Source: Schaalia odontolytica
Lineage (GTDB): Bacteria; Actinomycetota; Actinomycetes; Actinomycetales; Actinomycetaceae
Direction of reading: 5' to 3'
DNA: 32,000 bases
Assembly (NCBI RefSeq): GCF_005696695.1
Contig: NZ_CP040006.1
Location: forward strand, 1,170,001-1,202,000
Shown one piece after another: positions 1 through 8,759 of the stretch. The notes under the pieces were generated by a model that saw nothing but the letters and a program-made list of their open reading frames with translations, did no database searches and was not told where the DNA came from. The translations under genes were made by a program, and so were the position numbers. Each line of letters starts with the position of its first letter. Position 1 is the first letter of the stretch.

Positions 1-1
1 C

Positions 2-223
2 CGCCTCCTCGCGCCTGGCGTCACGCCGCAGGAACGTGCAACGCGTCCGGCGAAGGCAGCTGAAGGCCAGGGCGGCGCGTGGGACGACGAGCAGGACTGG
101 TCGCTGGAGAAGGTCGGTCAGCGTGTGAACTCCGAGAAGAAGGTTCGCAAGGTCCGCCGCGACGTCGTCGCGCAGGCCGACACGTGGGCGTCGGAGGGAC
201 GTGAGGCAGCAGCTGATGAGTGA
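2..223 (+). CDS. 3' end of an upstream CDS entering from the left edge. Function cannot be determined here; it may be the tRNA methyltransferase that often precedes arc in actinobacteria.
   Basis: Frame 2 is open from the window edge to TGA 221-223 and shows strong G/C third-position bias (...WSLEKVGQRVNSEKKVRKVRRDVVAQADTWASEGREAAADE*). It is absent from the ORF track because it has no in-window start. Its stop overlaps the arc start region (ATGAGTGA). Confidence 0.4.
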   Translation, partial: RLLAPGVTPQERATRPAKAAEGQGGAWDDEQDWSLEKVGQRVNSEKKVRKVRRDVVAQADTWASEGREAAADE

Positions 224-1760
224 GGTCGAAGCCCGTCAGGCTCTCGAACGGCGCCTGATATCTCTGGAGGAAAAGAACGGCCGCCTCACCACCGCGCTGA
301 CGACTGCGCGCACCGAGTTGATTCGGCTCCAGGGTGAGCTGGCGGACGTGTCGCGTCCTCCGCAGACTCTGGCGACGTTCGTGCGGGCGTTTCCCGCGTC
401 CCGTCAAATCGAGGTCGTCACGGGCGGTAAACGCATGCGCGTTGCCGTCACCCCGAAGCTCGATGTCACTGACCTGTCGTACGGGCAGTGGGTGCGTCTC
501 GACGACACGATGATCGCCGTGGCAGCGGATGACTTCCCACGCAGCGGGCAGGTCGTGTCCGTGCTCGAGCTCGTCGGCGCCGACCGCGTGCTCGTGGCGA
601 CGGAAGGCGGAGCGGAGACCCTCCTCGAGCTGGCCGGCCCTCTGCGCCACGGAAACCTGCGCCCCGGCGATTCTCTCGTCGTGGACGCCCGCTCGGGCAT
701 CGCGTTTGAGCGCATCGTACGCGAGGATGTCGAGCAGCTGCTCACCCCCGAGGTTCCCGACGTCACGTACGAGGACATCGGTGGTCTCGACGATCAGATC
801 GCGCAGGTGCGCGACTCGATCGAGATGCCCTTCAACCATCCTGAGCTGTACCGCCAGTTTGGCCTGCGTCCGCCCAAGGGCATTCTTCTGTACGGGCCTC
901 CCGGCTCGGGCAAGACCCTGATCGCGAAGGCCGTTGCCAACTCGCTGTCGAAGCGCGGAGGAGCCTCGACGTTCTTCCTGTCGATCAAGGGCCCCGAACT
1001 GCTCAACAAATTCGTCGGTGAAACCGAGCGCCAGATTCGCGCCATTTTCGCTCGTGCGCGAACCCTCGCAGCCGGCGACACCCCCGTTGTCATCTTCTTC
1101 GACGAGATGGAGGCCCTGTTCCGCACGCGTGGCACGGGCGTTTCCTCAGACGTCGAAACGATGATCGTTCCGCAGCTGCTCGCCGAGATGGATGGCGTCG
1201 AATCCCTCGACAACGTCGTGATCATCGGCGCCTCCAACCGCGCGGACATGATCGACCCGGCCGTGTTGCGCCCGGGGCGCCTCGACGTGCGCATCCGCGT
1301 GGATCGCCCCGACCGCGCGGGCGCCCTCGACATCTTCTCGAAGTATCTAACGCCCCAGGTGCCGATCCATGCCTCGGAAATCGAGCGTTTCGGCGGCATT
1401 AACGAGGCTGTGGCGGGCATGAGAGAACGTGCAGTCGACGCGCTCTACGCGCGCAATGAGACGACGGCGCTCTTCCTCGCAACCCTGGTGAACGGCGACC
1501 ACAAGCGCATCTACCTGTCTGACCTTGTGTCCGGCGCTCTCATTGCCGGCATCGTCGAACGCGCAAAGAAGTACGCAATCAAGGACGCGCTGACGGGCGC
1601 CTCTTCCGGGCTGAGCATGAATCATCTGCTGCGCGGGGTGCACGAGGAGATGAACGAGTCCCTCGAACTCGCGGCCACCTCCTCGCCGGAGGACTGGGCT
1701 CGTACGAGCGGACTGGCTCCTGAAATCGTCAGCGTGAAGCCGATTGGAACAGTGAAATGA
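201..1760 (+). CDS. arc: AAA+ ATPase forming ring-shaped complexes (ARC/Mpa-type Pup-dependent unfoldase)
   Basis: The N-terminus is coiled-coil-like (EARQALERRLISLEEKNGRLTTALTTARTELIRLQGEL). Walker A is GPPGSGKT and Walker B is VVIFFDEME, followed by an AAA+ sensor region. ATGA overlap with dop and the arc-dop-pup-pafA order support the call. The start is ambiguous: GTG 201 or ATG 216, the latter with GAGG 9 nt upstream. Confidence 0.92.
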   Translation: MRQQLMSEVEARQALERRLISLEEKNGRLTTALTTARTELIRLQGELADVSRPPQTLATFVRAFPASRQIEVVTGGKRMRVAVTPKLDVTDLSYGQWVRLDDTMIAVAADDFPRSGQVVSVLELVGADRVLVATEGGAETLLELAGPLRHGNLRPGDSLVVDARSGIAFERIVREDVEQLLTPEVPDVTYEDIGGLDDQIAQVRDSIEMPFNHPELYRQFGLRPPKGILLYGPPGSGKTLIAKAVANSLSKRGGASTFFLSIKGPELLNKFVGETERQIRAIFARARTLAAGDTPVVIFFDEMEALFRTRGTGVSSDVETMIVPQLLAEMDGVESLDNVVIIGASNRADMIDPAVLRPGRLDVRIRVDRPDRAGALDIFSKYLTPQVPIHASEIERFGGINEAVAGMRERAVDALYARNETTALFLATLVNGDHKRIYLSDLVSGALIAGIVERAKKYAIKDALTGASSGLSMNHLLRGVHEEMNESLELAATSSPEDWARTSGLAPEIVSVKPIGTVK

Positions 1761-3277
1761 GTAGCGAACGCATTATCGGAACCGAGACCGAGTACGGGGT
1801 GTACCGTCCCGGAGACACGTGGGCAAACCCGATCGCCCTGTCGACGAAGGTCGTCACCACGTACGGCGAGATCAGCCGCGCGGGCACGCCGGCCCAGGGT
1901 GCCGGCGTCGTCCGGTGGGACTACACGGGGGAGGACCCGCTCAACGACCTGCGCGGTATGCGCATGTCCCGTGCTGCGGCAGACCCGTCGTTGCTCACTG
2001 ACGATCCGTACCACCTCGCTCCATCTGGTGGCTCGGAGCGCGTCGCTCGGCCGACCCCCGAAGAACTCGCCCTTCCGGCGGCGACGACCGCCGTCCTCAC
2101 GAATGGCGCACGCCTGTACGTCGATCACGCGCACCCCGAGTACTCCGCGCCCGAAACGATCGGTGCGCGCGATGCGCTCCTGTGGGACCGCGCCGGCGAG
2201 GTGATCGCCCAGCGCGTCATGGCACGCCTGGAGGAGCTGGGTGAAGAACCTATCGTCCTCGTCAAGAACAACACCGACGGCAAGGGCGCTGCCTACGGCA
2301 CCCACGAGAACTACCAGATGCCCCGCATCACGGACCTCGATGCGATCGTGCGAGGACTCACGCCCTTCATGGTGACGCGCCCCGTCATCTGCGGTGCCGG
2401 TCGCGTGGGACGGGGGCAAAAGAGCGAGGTGCCGGGCTTCCAGATGTCCCAGCGCGCCGACTTTGTGGAGAACGAAGTCGGACTGGAGACCACCTTCAAC
2501 CGCCCGATTATCAACACGCGCGACGAGCCGCACGCGAATCCGGCTCAGTTCCGCCGACTCCACGTCATCGGCGGCGACGGCAACATGTTCGACGTCTCGG
2601 CCTTCCTACGTTTTGGCACCACGTCGCTCGTCCTGTGGGCAATCGAGCAGGGCACGGACCTGCGCTGGGATTCGATCGTCATGGACGATCCCGTGCAGGA
2701 GACCTGGAACGTGTCGCATCATCCCGACCTCGACTACAAGGTAACGACCGCGGGCGGCGCCTACACGGCGGCAGAGCTCCAGCAGGTCTACTTGGATCTG
2801 GTTCTCGACACCTTTGAAGAGACGGGAACGACACCCACGCAGGCCGATCAGGAGATCCTCACCCTGTGGCAGTCAGTGCTTGATCGCATGCGCGCCGACC
2901 TCTTCTCGGTGGCCACCGAAGTCGAATGGGTGGGCAAGTACCAACTCGTCAAGAGACAGAAGGAACGCGCCGGGCTCGAATGGAACGATCCGCGTCTGGC
3001 TGCCATCGACCTGCAGTGGGCGGACCTGCGTCCCAGCCACGGCCTCGTCTATCGACTCGCGAAGGCTGGCATGGTCACGCGCCTTGTCTCCGATGAGGAG
3101 GTCGAGCGCGCCGCAGACGTGGCACCCACGAACACTCGCGCTCACGTGCGTGGATGGGCGGTGGCCAATCGACCCGACCTCGTGAAAGCGTCATGGTCCT
3201 CGCTTGTCCTTGACCCGGGCGAGGGTGACCTCGTCCGATTCCCGATCGCCGACGCGCGCGATACCTCCACTCGATAA
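1757..3277 (+). CDS. dop: Pup deamidase/depupylase Dop
   Basis: The N-terminus RIIGTETEYGV is typical of the Dop/PafA ligase-like family. The protein is 506 aa, lies directly between arc and pup, and its ATG overlaps the arc stop (ATGA 1757-1760). Confidence 0.92.
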   Translation: MSSERIIGTETEYGVYRPGDTWANPIALSTKVVTTYGEISRAGTPAQGAGVVRWDYTGEDPLNDLRGMRMSRAAADPSLLTDDPYHLAPSGGSERVARPTPEELALPAATTAVLTNGARLYVDHAHPEYSAPETIGARDALLWDRAGEVIAQRVMARLEELGEEPIVLVKNNTDGKGAAYGTHENYQMPRITDLDAIVRGLTPFMVTRPVICGAGRVGRGQKSEVPGFQMSQRADFVENEVGLETTFNRPIINTRDEPHANPAQFRRLHVIGGDGNMFDVSAFLRFGTTSLVLWAIEQGTDLRWDSIVMDDPVQETWNVSHHPDLDYKVTTAGGAYTAAELQQVYLDLVLDTFEETGTTPTQADQEILTLWQSVLDRMRADLFSVATEVEWVGKYQLVKRQKERAGLEWNDPRLAAIDLQWADLRPSHGLVYRLAKAGMVTRLVSDEEVERAADVAPTNTRAHVRGWAVANRPDLVKASWSSLVLDPGEGDLVRFPIADARDTSTR

Positions 3278-3301
3278 AGAACGACAGAAAGAAGAACAAT
3301 A

Positions 3302-3478
3302 ATGTCGAATCAGATTTTCGCAGGCGGCCCGACCCCCGAAGATGAGGCGTTCGAGGCGGCCGGCCAGGTTCAGGCGCGCACCTCGTCGATCGACTCCCTC
3401 CTCGACGAGATCGATTCCGTTCTCGAAACCAACGCCGAGGCGTTCGTCCAGGGCTTCGTCCAGAAGGGCGGCCAGTGA
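3302..3478 (+). CDS. pup: Prokaryotic ubiquitin-like protein Pup (58 aa)
   Basis: Manual translation gives MSNQIFAGGPTPEDEAFEAAGQVQARTSSIDSLLDEIDSVLETNAEAFVQGFVQKGGQ*. The C-terminal GGQ and the acidic helical DSLLDEID segment are Pup hallmarks. The ORF is below the ORF-track length cutoff and is preceded by an A/G-rich leader (gaaagaagaacaata). Confidence 0.9.
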   Translation: MSNQIFAGGPTPEDEAFEAAGQVQARTSSIDSLLDEIDSVLETNAEAFVQGFVQKGGQ

Positions 3479-3479
3479 C

Positions 3480-4865
3480 GTGAGGCGTCGAGTTTTCGGC
3501 ATCGAAACGGAGTACGGGCTCACGGCCGCGTCCCCGAGCGGGGGCGCCCCGATGGATGCCGAGCACGCCGCTCGCCAGCTGTTCGAGCCACTCCTGCATC
3601 AGGGGCGCTCCTCGAACCTGTTCCTACGTAACGGCGGGCGCCTCTACCTTGACGTGGGCGCTCATCCCGAGTACGCGACTGCCGAGTGCGATCGTCTTGA
3701 GGATTTGCTCGAGCAGGATCGCGCCGGCGCCGCCATGCTTGCTGATCTGGCGGTTCAGGCAGACGAGGCCCTTTCCGAGCTCGGCTCGGACCTGCACCTG
3801 CACCTGTTTCGCAACAACCTGGACTCACAGGGTAACTCCTACGGCTGCCACGAAAACTATCTTCTCCATCGGCGCCGCGACTTCCGTCAGGTCGCCGATG
3901 CGCTCGTCGCATTCTTCGTCACGCGCCAGATTCTCGTCGGTAACGGCTGGATCAACACCGCTGCGGCGACGCCGCGCCTCCAGTTCTCCCAGCGCGCCGA
4001 TCAGATGTGGGACGCCGTGTCCTCCGCGACCACGCGCTCGCGTCCAATCATCAACACGCGCGACGAGGCCTTGGCTGATTCTGGCGCATATCGACGCATG
4101 CACGTCATCGTCGGCGACACGAACGTCGCCGAGCCGACTACCGCGCTAAAGGTCGGTATGACCGAGCTCCTCATCCACGCGATCGAAGACGGTCTGCAGA
4201 TCGAAGACCTGGCTCTTGCTGATCCGATGCGGGCGATTCGGGAGGTCAACTCGGATCTGTCCGGCTCGGCACCCCTCGAGCTTGCCAACGGTCGCACGAC
4301 GAGCGCCGTCGCGCTGCAACGAGAGATCCGTGAGCGCGTACTGGCCCGTATTCCCGTCGCGGAGCTGGATCCGATGCGCGCCTACGTCGTCGACCTGTGG
4401 GGCAGGGGCATCGATGCCATCGCCAGCGGCGACTGGAGCAGCATTGACACCGAGCTTGACATCGCGATCAAGCACAAGCTTCTCACGTCGTACTGCGCGC
4501 GCAGTGGGGCGAGCCTCGCTGATCCGCGCGTGGCTCGACTCGAGCTTTCGTACTCCGATATCACCGCTGATGGCCTGTGGGAGCGAATGGAACGCGCGGG
4601 ACTCATGCGTCGCCTCACCACCGTCGAAGGTGTCCGTCGCGCGCAGACGATTGCACCTGCGACAACCCGCGCTCACCTGCGCGGACGTATCATCGCAGCC
4701 GCCGAGGACGCCCGCGCAGACCTGAGCGTCGACTGGGTGCACGTGCGTCTCGATGAATCGTCGACGATTCCGTTGTCCTTGCAGGATCCGTTAGCCACCA
4801 CCGACCCGCGTGTTGACGCGCTCATCGCGCAGATCGACTCTCAGTCTCCTACGATTCCCGCATGA
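3480..4865 (+). CDS. pafA: Pup-protein ligase PafA
   Basis: GTG at 3480, 1 nt after the pup stop, gives (M)RRRVFGIETEYGL, the canonical PafA N-terminus. The product is about 461 aa. The ORF-track start at 3342 lies inside pup in another frame and is rejected. Confidence 0.92.
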   Translation: MRRRVFGIETEYGLTAASPSGGAPMDAEHAARQLFEPLLHQGRSSNLFLRNGGRLYLDVGAHPEYATAECDRLEDLLEQDRAGAAMLADLAVQADEALSELGSDLHLHLFRNNLDSQGNSYGCHENYLLHRRRDFRQVADALVAFFVTRQILVGNGWINTAAATPRLQFSQRADQMWDAVSSATTRSRPIINTRDEALADSGAYRRMHVIVGDTNVAEPTTALKVGMTELLIHAIEDGLQIEDLALADPMRAIREVNSDLSGSAPLELANGRTTSAVALQREIRERVLARIPVAELDPMRAYVVDLWGRGIDAIASGDWSSIDTELDIAIKHKLLTSYCARSGASLADPRVARLELSYSDITADGLWERMERAGLMRRLTTVEGVRRAQTIAPATTRAHLRGRIIAAAEDARADLSVDWVHVRLDESSTIPLSLQDPLATTDPRVDALIAQIDSQSPTIPA

Positions 4866-5902
4866 GCCCCGAGTCGTCGTCACCTGATTCCCGCGCCGTC
4901 AGCCGCGCGCGCGGGTCCTCTCAGCGCGCCGCTGCGCGTGCACAGCGCTCCCGTGGCATCTCCCGTGCATCTATCTTCCTGCGCGTTGTTCTCGCGGTGG
5001 TTCTCATCGCCGCGGGAGGAGGCCTTGCCTGGTGGGCGTTCCACCCCCGCCCCGCCGCAGATGAAGCGAGCGCGCCCGAATCCGCTACCCAGTCGCCGGC
5101 CCTCGCTCTGTTCGACCGAGTGACCGTCTCCGGGCGCGTCGGTGCGACACCGACGATCGAGATCAAGGCCCCGCTGGAGATCGACGGTTTCAAAGCACGC
5201 GTGCTCGAGGAAGGCAGCGGTCGTGAGATCACTGAAGGCTCACCCGTCCTCGTCTCTGTCACCGCCTTCGACGGAACCAGCGGACGCATGCTCTCGGAGT
5301 CCGGCCGCCCTCAGATGAGCCTCGGCGTCGTCGGCTCCGGCCAGATCAATGAGGACCTTTCACGTCTGGTCACTGGCAAGCGCGAGGGTACACGAGTACT
5401 CGCGTTCCGTTCCATTACGATGGGTGACGGGTCGCCGAATACCATCGAAGTCGACGTCGTCGATATCCTGCCGTCGATCGCAACCGGTACCTCGGTCGAC
5501 GCGAGCGTCGGTCCGATGAGCGTTGAGATGAGCCCGGAGGGGCCGATCATCAGCCATATTGACACGCTTCCTGGCGGCGTCACGACCCAGACCCTTATCA
5601 AGGGCGACGGGGTGCAGGTCCACGAAGGCGACCGGGTCGTCGCGCAGTTCACGGTTCTCGGCTGGACCGACGGTACCGTGCGCGTGTCCACGTGGGAGAC
5701 CGGCGTGCCCGAGGTCATCAACTTGGGGACGGCGATGAAGGGTCTCGCGACGGCGCTCGTTGACCAGAAAGTGGGGTCACGACTGGCCATCACTATCCCT
5801 CCGGACTTGGCTGCCGGTGACGACACTCTGTGCGTCGTCATCGATATTCTCGGTACGGAACCTGGTACTGCGACGAACGGGGACCAAGCGCCTCAGTCGT
5901 GA
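4862..5902 (+). CDS. Membrane-anchored FKBP-type peptidyl-prolyl isomerase-like protein, apparently with two FKBP-like repeats
   Basis: A basic N-terminus is followed by one hydrophobic helix (IFLRVVLAVVLIAAGGGLAWWAF). The C-terminal repeat is GDGVQVHEGDRVVAQFTVLGW...VGSRLAITIPPDLA, and an upstream degenerate copy is EGSGREITEGSPVLVSVTAFDG...GTRVLAF. ATGA overlap with the pafA stop. FKBP genes commonly follow pafA in actinobacteria. Confidence 0.7.
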   Translation: MSPESSSPDSRAVSRARGSSQRAAARAQRSRGISRASIFLRVVLAVVLIAAGGGLAWWAFHPRPAADEASAPESATQSPALALFDRVTVSGRVGATPTIEIKAPLEIDGFKARVLEEGSGREITEGSPVLVSVTAFDGTSGRMLSESGRPQMSLGVVGSGQINEDLSRLVTGKREGTRVLAFRSITMGDGSPNTIEVDVVDILPSIATGTSVDASVGPMSVEMSPEGPIISHIDTLPGGVTTQTLIKGDGVQVHEGDRVVAQFTVLGWTDGTVRVSTWETGVPEVINLGTAMKGLATALVDQKVGSRLAITIPPDLAAGDDTLCVVIDILGTEPGTATNGDQAPQS

Positions 5903-5962
5903 CCGTTCAGCTCGTGAGAGCCGTTTCGCACAAGGCTTGTCGCTTGTGGGACACTGGGAAGC

Positions 5963-7174
5963 ATGCTGAGATGGATGACCGCCGGTGAATCACACGGACC
6001 CGCACTGCTCGCAACGATCGAGGGACTGCCCTCCGGGTTGCATGTGACGACGGAGGACCTGCGCCGTGGCCTCGCACGTCGTCGCCTCGGCTACGGTCGT
6101 GGCGCTCGGCAGAAGTTCGAGGCCGACGAGGTGTCGATCTTGGCTGGCGTGCGTCACGGCGTGACAACCGGCGCCCCAGTGGCTATTCGCATTGGTAACT
6201 CCGAGTGGCCCAAGTGGGAGACGGTGATGAGTGCCGATCCGGTCGATCCGTCAGAGCTTCTCATCGACGCGGGAACGGGAGACGAACGCGAGATCGCTCG
6301 TAACCGGCCACTGACGAGGCCCCGTCCCGGTCACGCGGACCTGCCCGGAATGCTGTCCTACGACCTGTCCGAGGCTCGCCCCGTCCTCGAGCGCGCGAGT
6401 GCCCGCGAGACTGCCGCGCGCGTTGCACTCGGTGTCCTCGCCGAAGCCCTCCTCGAGCAGGTCGCCGGCGTTCGTCTCGTGTCCCACGTCGTCTCCGTTG
6501 GGGCCCAGCACGCCACGGCCTCGTCGACGCCTACTCCCGCGGACGAGGCGGCACTGTGCGAGGCCTCGATGCGCACACTCAATCCGGAGGATAACGCCCG
6601 CTTCGAGGCAGCCGTCGATGCGGCCAAGCAGGCGGGTGACACGATCGGCGGCGTCGCCGAAGTGATTGCATACGACGTTCCAGTCGGCTTGGGCACTCAC
6701 GTGACCGCGCGCGAGCGCCTCGATGCGCGCTTGGCCGCCGCACTCATGTCGATCCAGTCCGTCAAGGGCGTTGAGATCGGAGATGGCTTCGCGCAGGCCG
6801 CGCTGCTCGGTTCCGCGGCCCACGACGAAATCGTGCGGGGCGAGGATGGTCACCTGACGCGCGCCTCCAACCACGCCGGAGGCATCGAAGGAGGCACATC
6901 CAACGGCGCACCGATCGTCGCACGCGCTGCTTTCAAGCCAATCTCGACCGTTCCGCACGCCTTGCGCAGCGTTGACCTCGCAACGGGTGAGGAAGCGGTG
7001 GGCTTGCACCAGCGCTCCGACACGTGCCAGGTCGTGCCCGGCGCAGTCATCGCCGAGGCCGAGGTGGCTCTCGTCCTCGCAGATGCTCTGTCGGATCACG
7101 CAGGCGGCCGATCTGTTGGCGAGATGCGCAGGAATCTCGAGGCGTACCTCGCGGTCGTGGGGAAGCGCGCATGA
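5963..7174 (+). CDS. aroC: Chorismate synthase
   Basis: The N-terminus MLRWMTAGESHGPAL is the chorismate synthase signature. The protein is 403 aa and lies in aroC-aroK-aroB order. Confidence 0.95.
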   Translation: MLRWMTAGESHGPALLATIEGLPSGLHVTTEDLRRGLARRRLGYGRGARQKFEADEVSILAGVRHGVTTGAPVAIRIGNSEWPKWETVMSADPVDPSELLIDAGTGDEREIARNRPLTRPRPGHADLPGMLSYDLSEARPVLERASARETAARVALGVLAEALLEQVAGVRLVSHVVSVGAQHATASSTPTPADEAALCEASMRTLNPEDNARFEAAVDAAKQAGDTIGGVAEVIAYDVPVGLGTHVTARERLDARLAAALMSIQSVKGVEIGDGFAQAALLGSAAHDEIVRGEDGHLTRASNHAGGIEGGTSNGAPIVARAAFKPISTVPHALRSVDLATGEEAVGLHQRSDTCQVVPGAVIAEAEVALVLADALSDHAGGRSVGEMRRNLEAYLAVVGKRA

Positions 7175-7680
7175 GTACTCAGGGCCCCGTCGTCCTCGTG
7201 GGGCTGCCCGGTGCGGGCAAATCCAAGGTTGGGCGCCTGCTTGCCGAGCGGATGGGCGTTGACCACATCGATACAGACGCCCTCGTCGTTGAGCGCGAAG
7301 GCCGTCCGATCGCTGACATCTTCGCCACCGACGGAGAAGCGGCTTTTCGCGTGATGGAGACCGAAGCGGTCGCCGATGCGCTCACGCACGATGCCGTCGT
7401 GTCCCTGGGCGGGGGAGCGGCAGCGACTCCCGCCGTTCGGGAGCTCCTATCCGGGCACACGGTCGTCTACATTGACGCTCCCCACGAGGAGATCGTTCGT
7501 CGCACCGCCTCGAAGACGCATCGGCCGCTGCTGGCGAAGGACCCGTCCGGGACGCTCGCGCGCCTGCGCACCGAGCGCGAGCCTCACTACCGATCCGTCG
7601 CCACCATCGTCGTCGAGTCAGGGCCTCGTCCCGTCGACGACGTCGTCACCGCCATCGCCCAGCAGTTGGAGCACGCATGA
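7171..7680 (+). CDS. aroK: Shikimate kinase
   Basis: ATG 7171 overlaps the aroC stop (ATGA). Motifs present: P-loop GLPGAGKSKVGR, DTD, SLGGGA and the LID HRPLL. The longer track ORF from 7024 is an Arg-rich out-of-context extension. Confidence 0.9.
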   Translation: MSTQGPVVLVGLPGAGKSKVGRLLAERMGVDHIDTDALVVEREGRPIADIFATDGEAAFRVMETEAVADALTHDAVVSLGGGAAATPAVRELLSGHTVVYIDAPHEEIVRRTASKTHRPLLAKDPSGTLARLRTEREPHYRSVATIVVESGPRPVDDVVTAIAQQLEHA

Positions 7681-8759
7681 GCACGATTATCCGCGTCACT
7701 GGAGAACGCCCCTCGACTATTACTGTCGGACACGGGCTCGGCTTCGAGCCGATCTACGAGGCCCTCGACGAGGCCGCGACGAAGGCGCTCATCATTCACG
7801 CGCGTCCTCTCGCTCACCGAGCCGAGGCCCTGGCGCAGTACCTGCGTGACCAGGGGATCGAGGCCTCAACTGCCGACCACCCCGATGCCGAGGCTGGCAA
7901 GTCAATCGAGGTTGTTGCGTCCCTGTGGGACGAGTGCGGTCGTCTCCAGCTCGGACGTAAAGACGCGATCGTCGCCATGGGCGGGGGAGCGACCACCGAC
8001 ATGGCCGGTTTCGTCGCCGCCACATGGCTGAGGGGCATCACCCTCATCAACGTTCCGACAACGCTCCTCGCTATGGTTGACGCAGCCGTTGGCGGTAAGA
8101 CGGGCATCAACACGTCCGTTGGGAAGAACCTCGTTGGTTCGTTCTATCCGGCAACCTCCGTGGTTGCCGATATGGATCTCCTCGAGAGCCTGCCGACACC
8201 CGATCTGGCGGCCGGTGCCGCCGAGGTCATTAAGTGCGGCTTCATCGCCGACCCGGAGATTTTGCGCATCGTCGAGGATACGGAACCGAGCGAGCTTCTG
8301 CGATCGAACAGCCCGCAGCTTGCTGAGATCACCACCCGCGCGATCGCAGTCAAGGCCCGCGTCGTGTCCGCAGACCTCACCGAGGGCGGCCTGCGCGAAA
8401 TCCTCAACTACGGACACACCCTCGCGCACGCCATCGAGCGCGCGAACGACTACACCTGGCGCCACGGCGATGCGGTGGCGGTCGGCTGCTGCTTCGCGGC
8501 GCGCCTGGCCCAAGCCCGAGGGCTGCTCAGCGCTGACGATGTTTCTCGGCACGACCTGCTTTTCTCACGCGTCGGGCTGCCGACTCGCTACGAGGGAAGC
8601 ACTCTCGACGAGCTCACCCACATCATGCTCTCCGATAAGAAGGTACGGCGCGGAATCCTGCGCTTCGTGCTGCTTGATGGCATCGCGAACCCCGGGACGG
8701 TCTCCGTCGATCCGCAGGAGCTGACGGCCCCCGCGTCTCAGATCGGCATTCGCGCATGA
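7677..8759 (+). CDS. aroB: 3-dehydroquinate synthase
   Basis: Motifs GGGATTDMAGFVAATWLRGI and NYGHTLAHAIE. The protein is 360 aa, with ATGA overlaps at both ends. Confidence 0.93.
   Translation: MSTIIRVTGERPSTITVGHGLGFEPIYEALDEAATKALIIHARPLAHRAEALAQYLRDQGIEASTADHPDAEAGKSIEVVASLWDECGRLQLGRKDAIVAMGGGATTDMAGFVAATWLRGITLINVPTTLLAMVDAAVGGKTGINTSVGKNLVGSFYPATSVVADMDLLESLPTPDLAAGAAEVIKCGFIADPEILRIVEDTEPSELLRSNSPQLAEITTRAIAVKARVVSADLTEGGLREILNYGHTLAHAIERANDYTWRHGDAVAVGCCFAARLAQARGLLSADDVSRHDLLFSRVGLPTRYEGSTLDELTHIMLSDKKVRRGILRFVLLDGIANPGTVSVDPQELTAPASQIGIRA

Noticed and set aside
3342-3479. N-terminal extensions offered by the ORF track: pafA from 3342, aroK from 7024, uhpT from 11259, pyrC from 16266, carA from 17519, pyrF from 22092, mihF from 23081, coaBC from 24213.
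   Set aside because: The extensions run through the upstream gene in another frame, are Arg/Pro-rich, and lack an RBS. The downstream starts reproduce canonical family N-termini and give ATGA-type coupling with the preceding stop.
5929-5948. A CACAAG / CTTGTG 6-bp inverted repeat between the FKBP-like gene and aroC.
   Set aside because: The stem is short with no U-tract and several alternative pairings are possible. This is not enough to call a terminator or operator.
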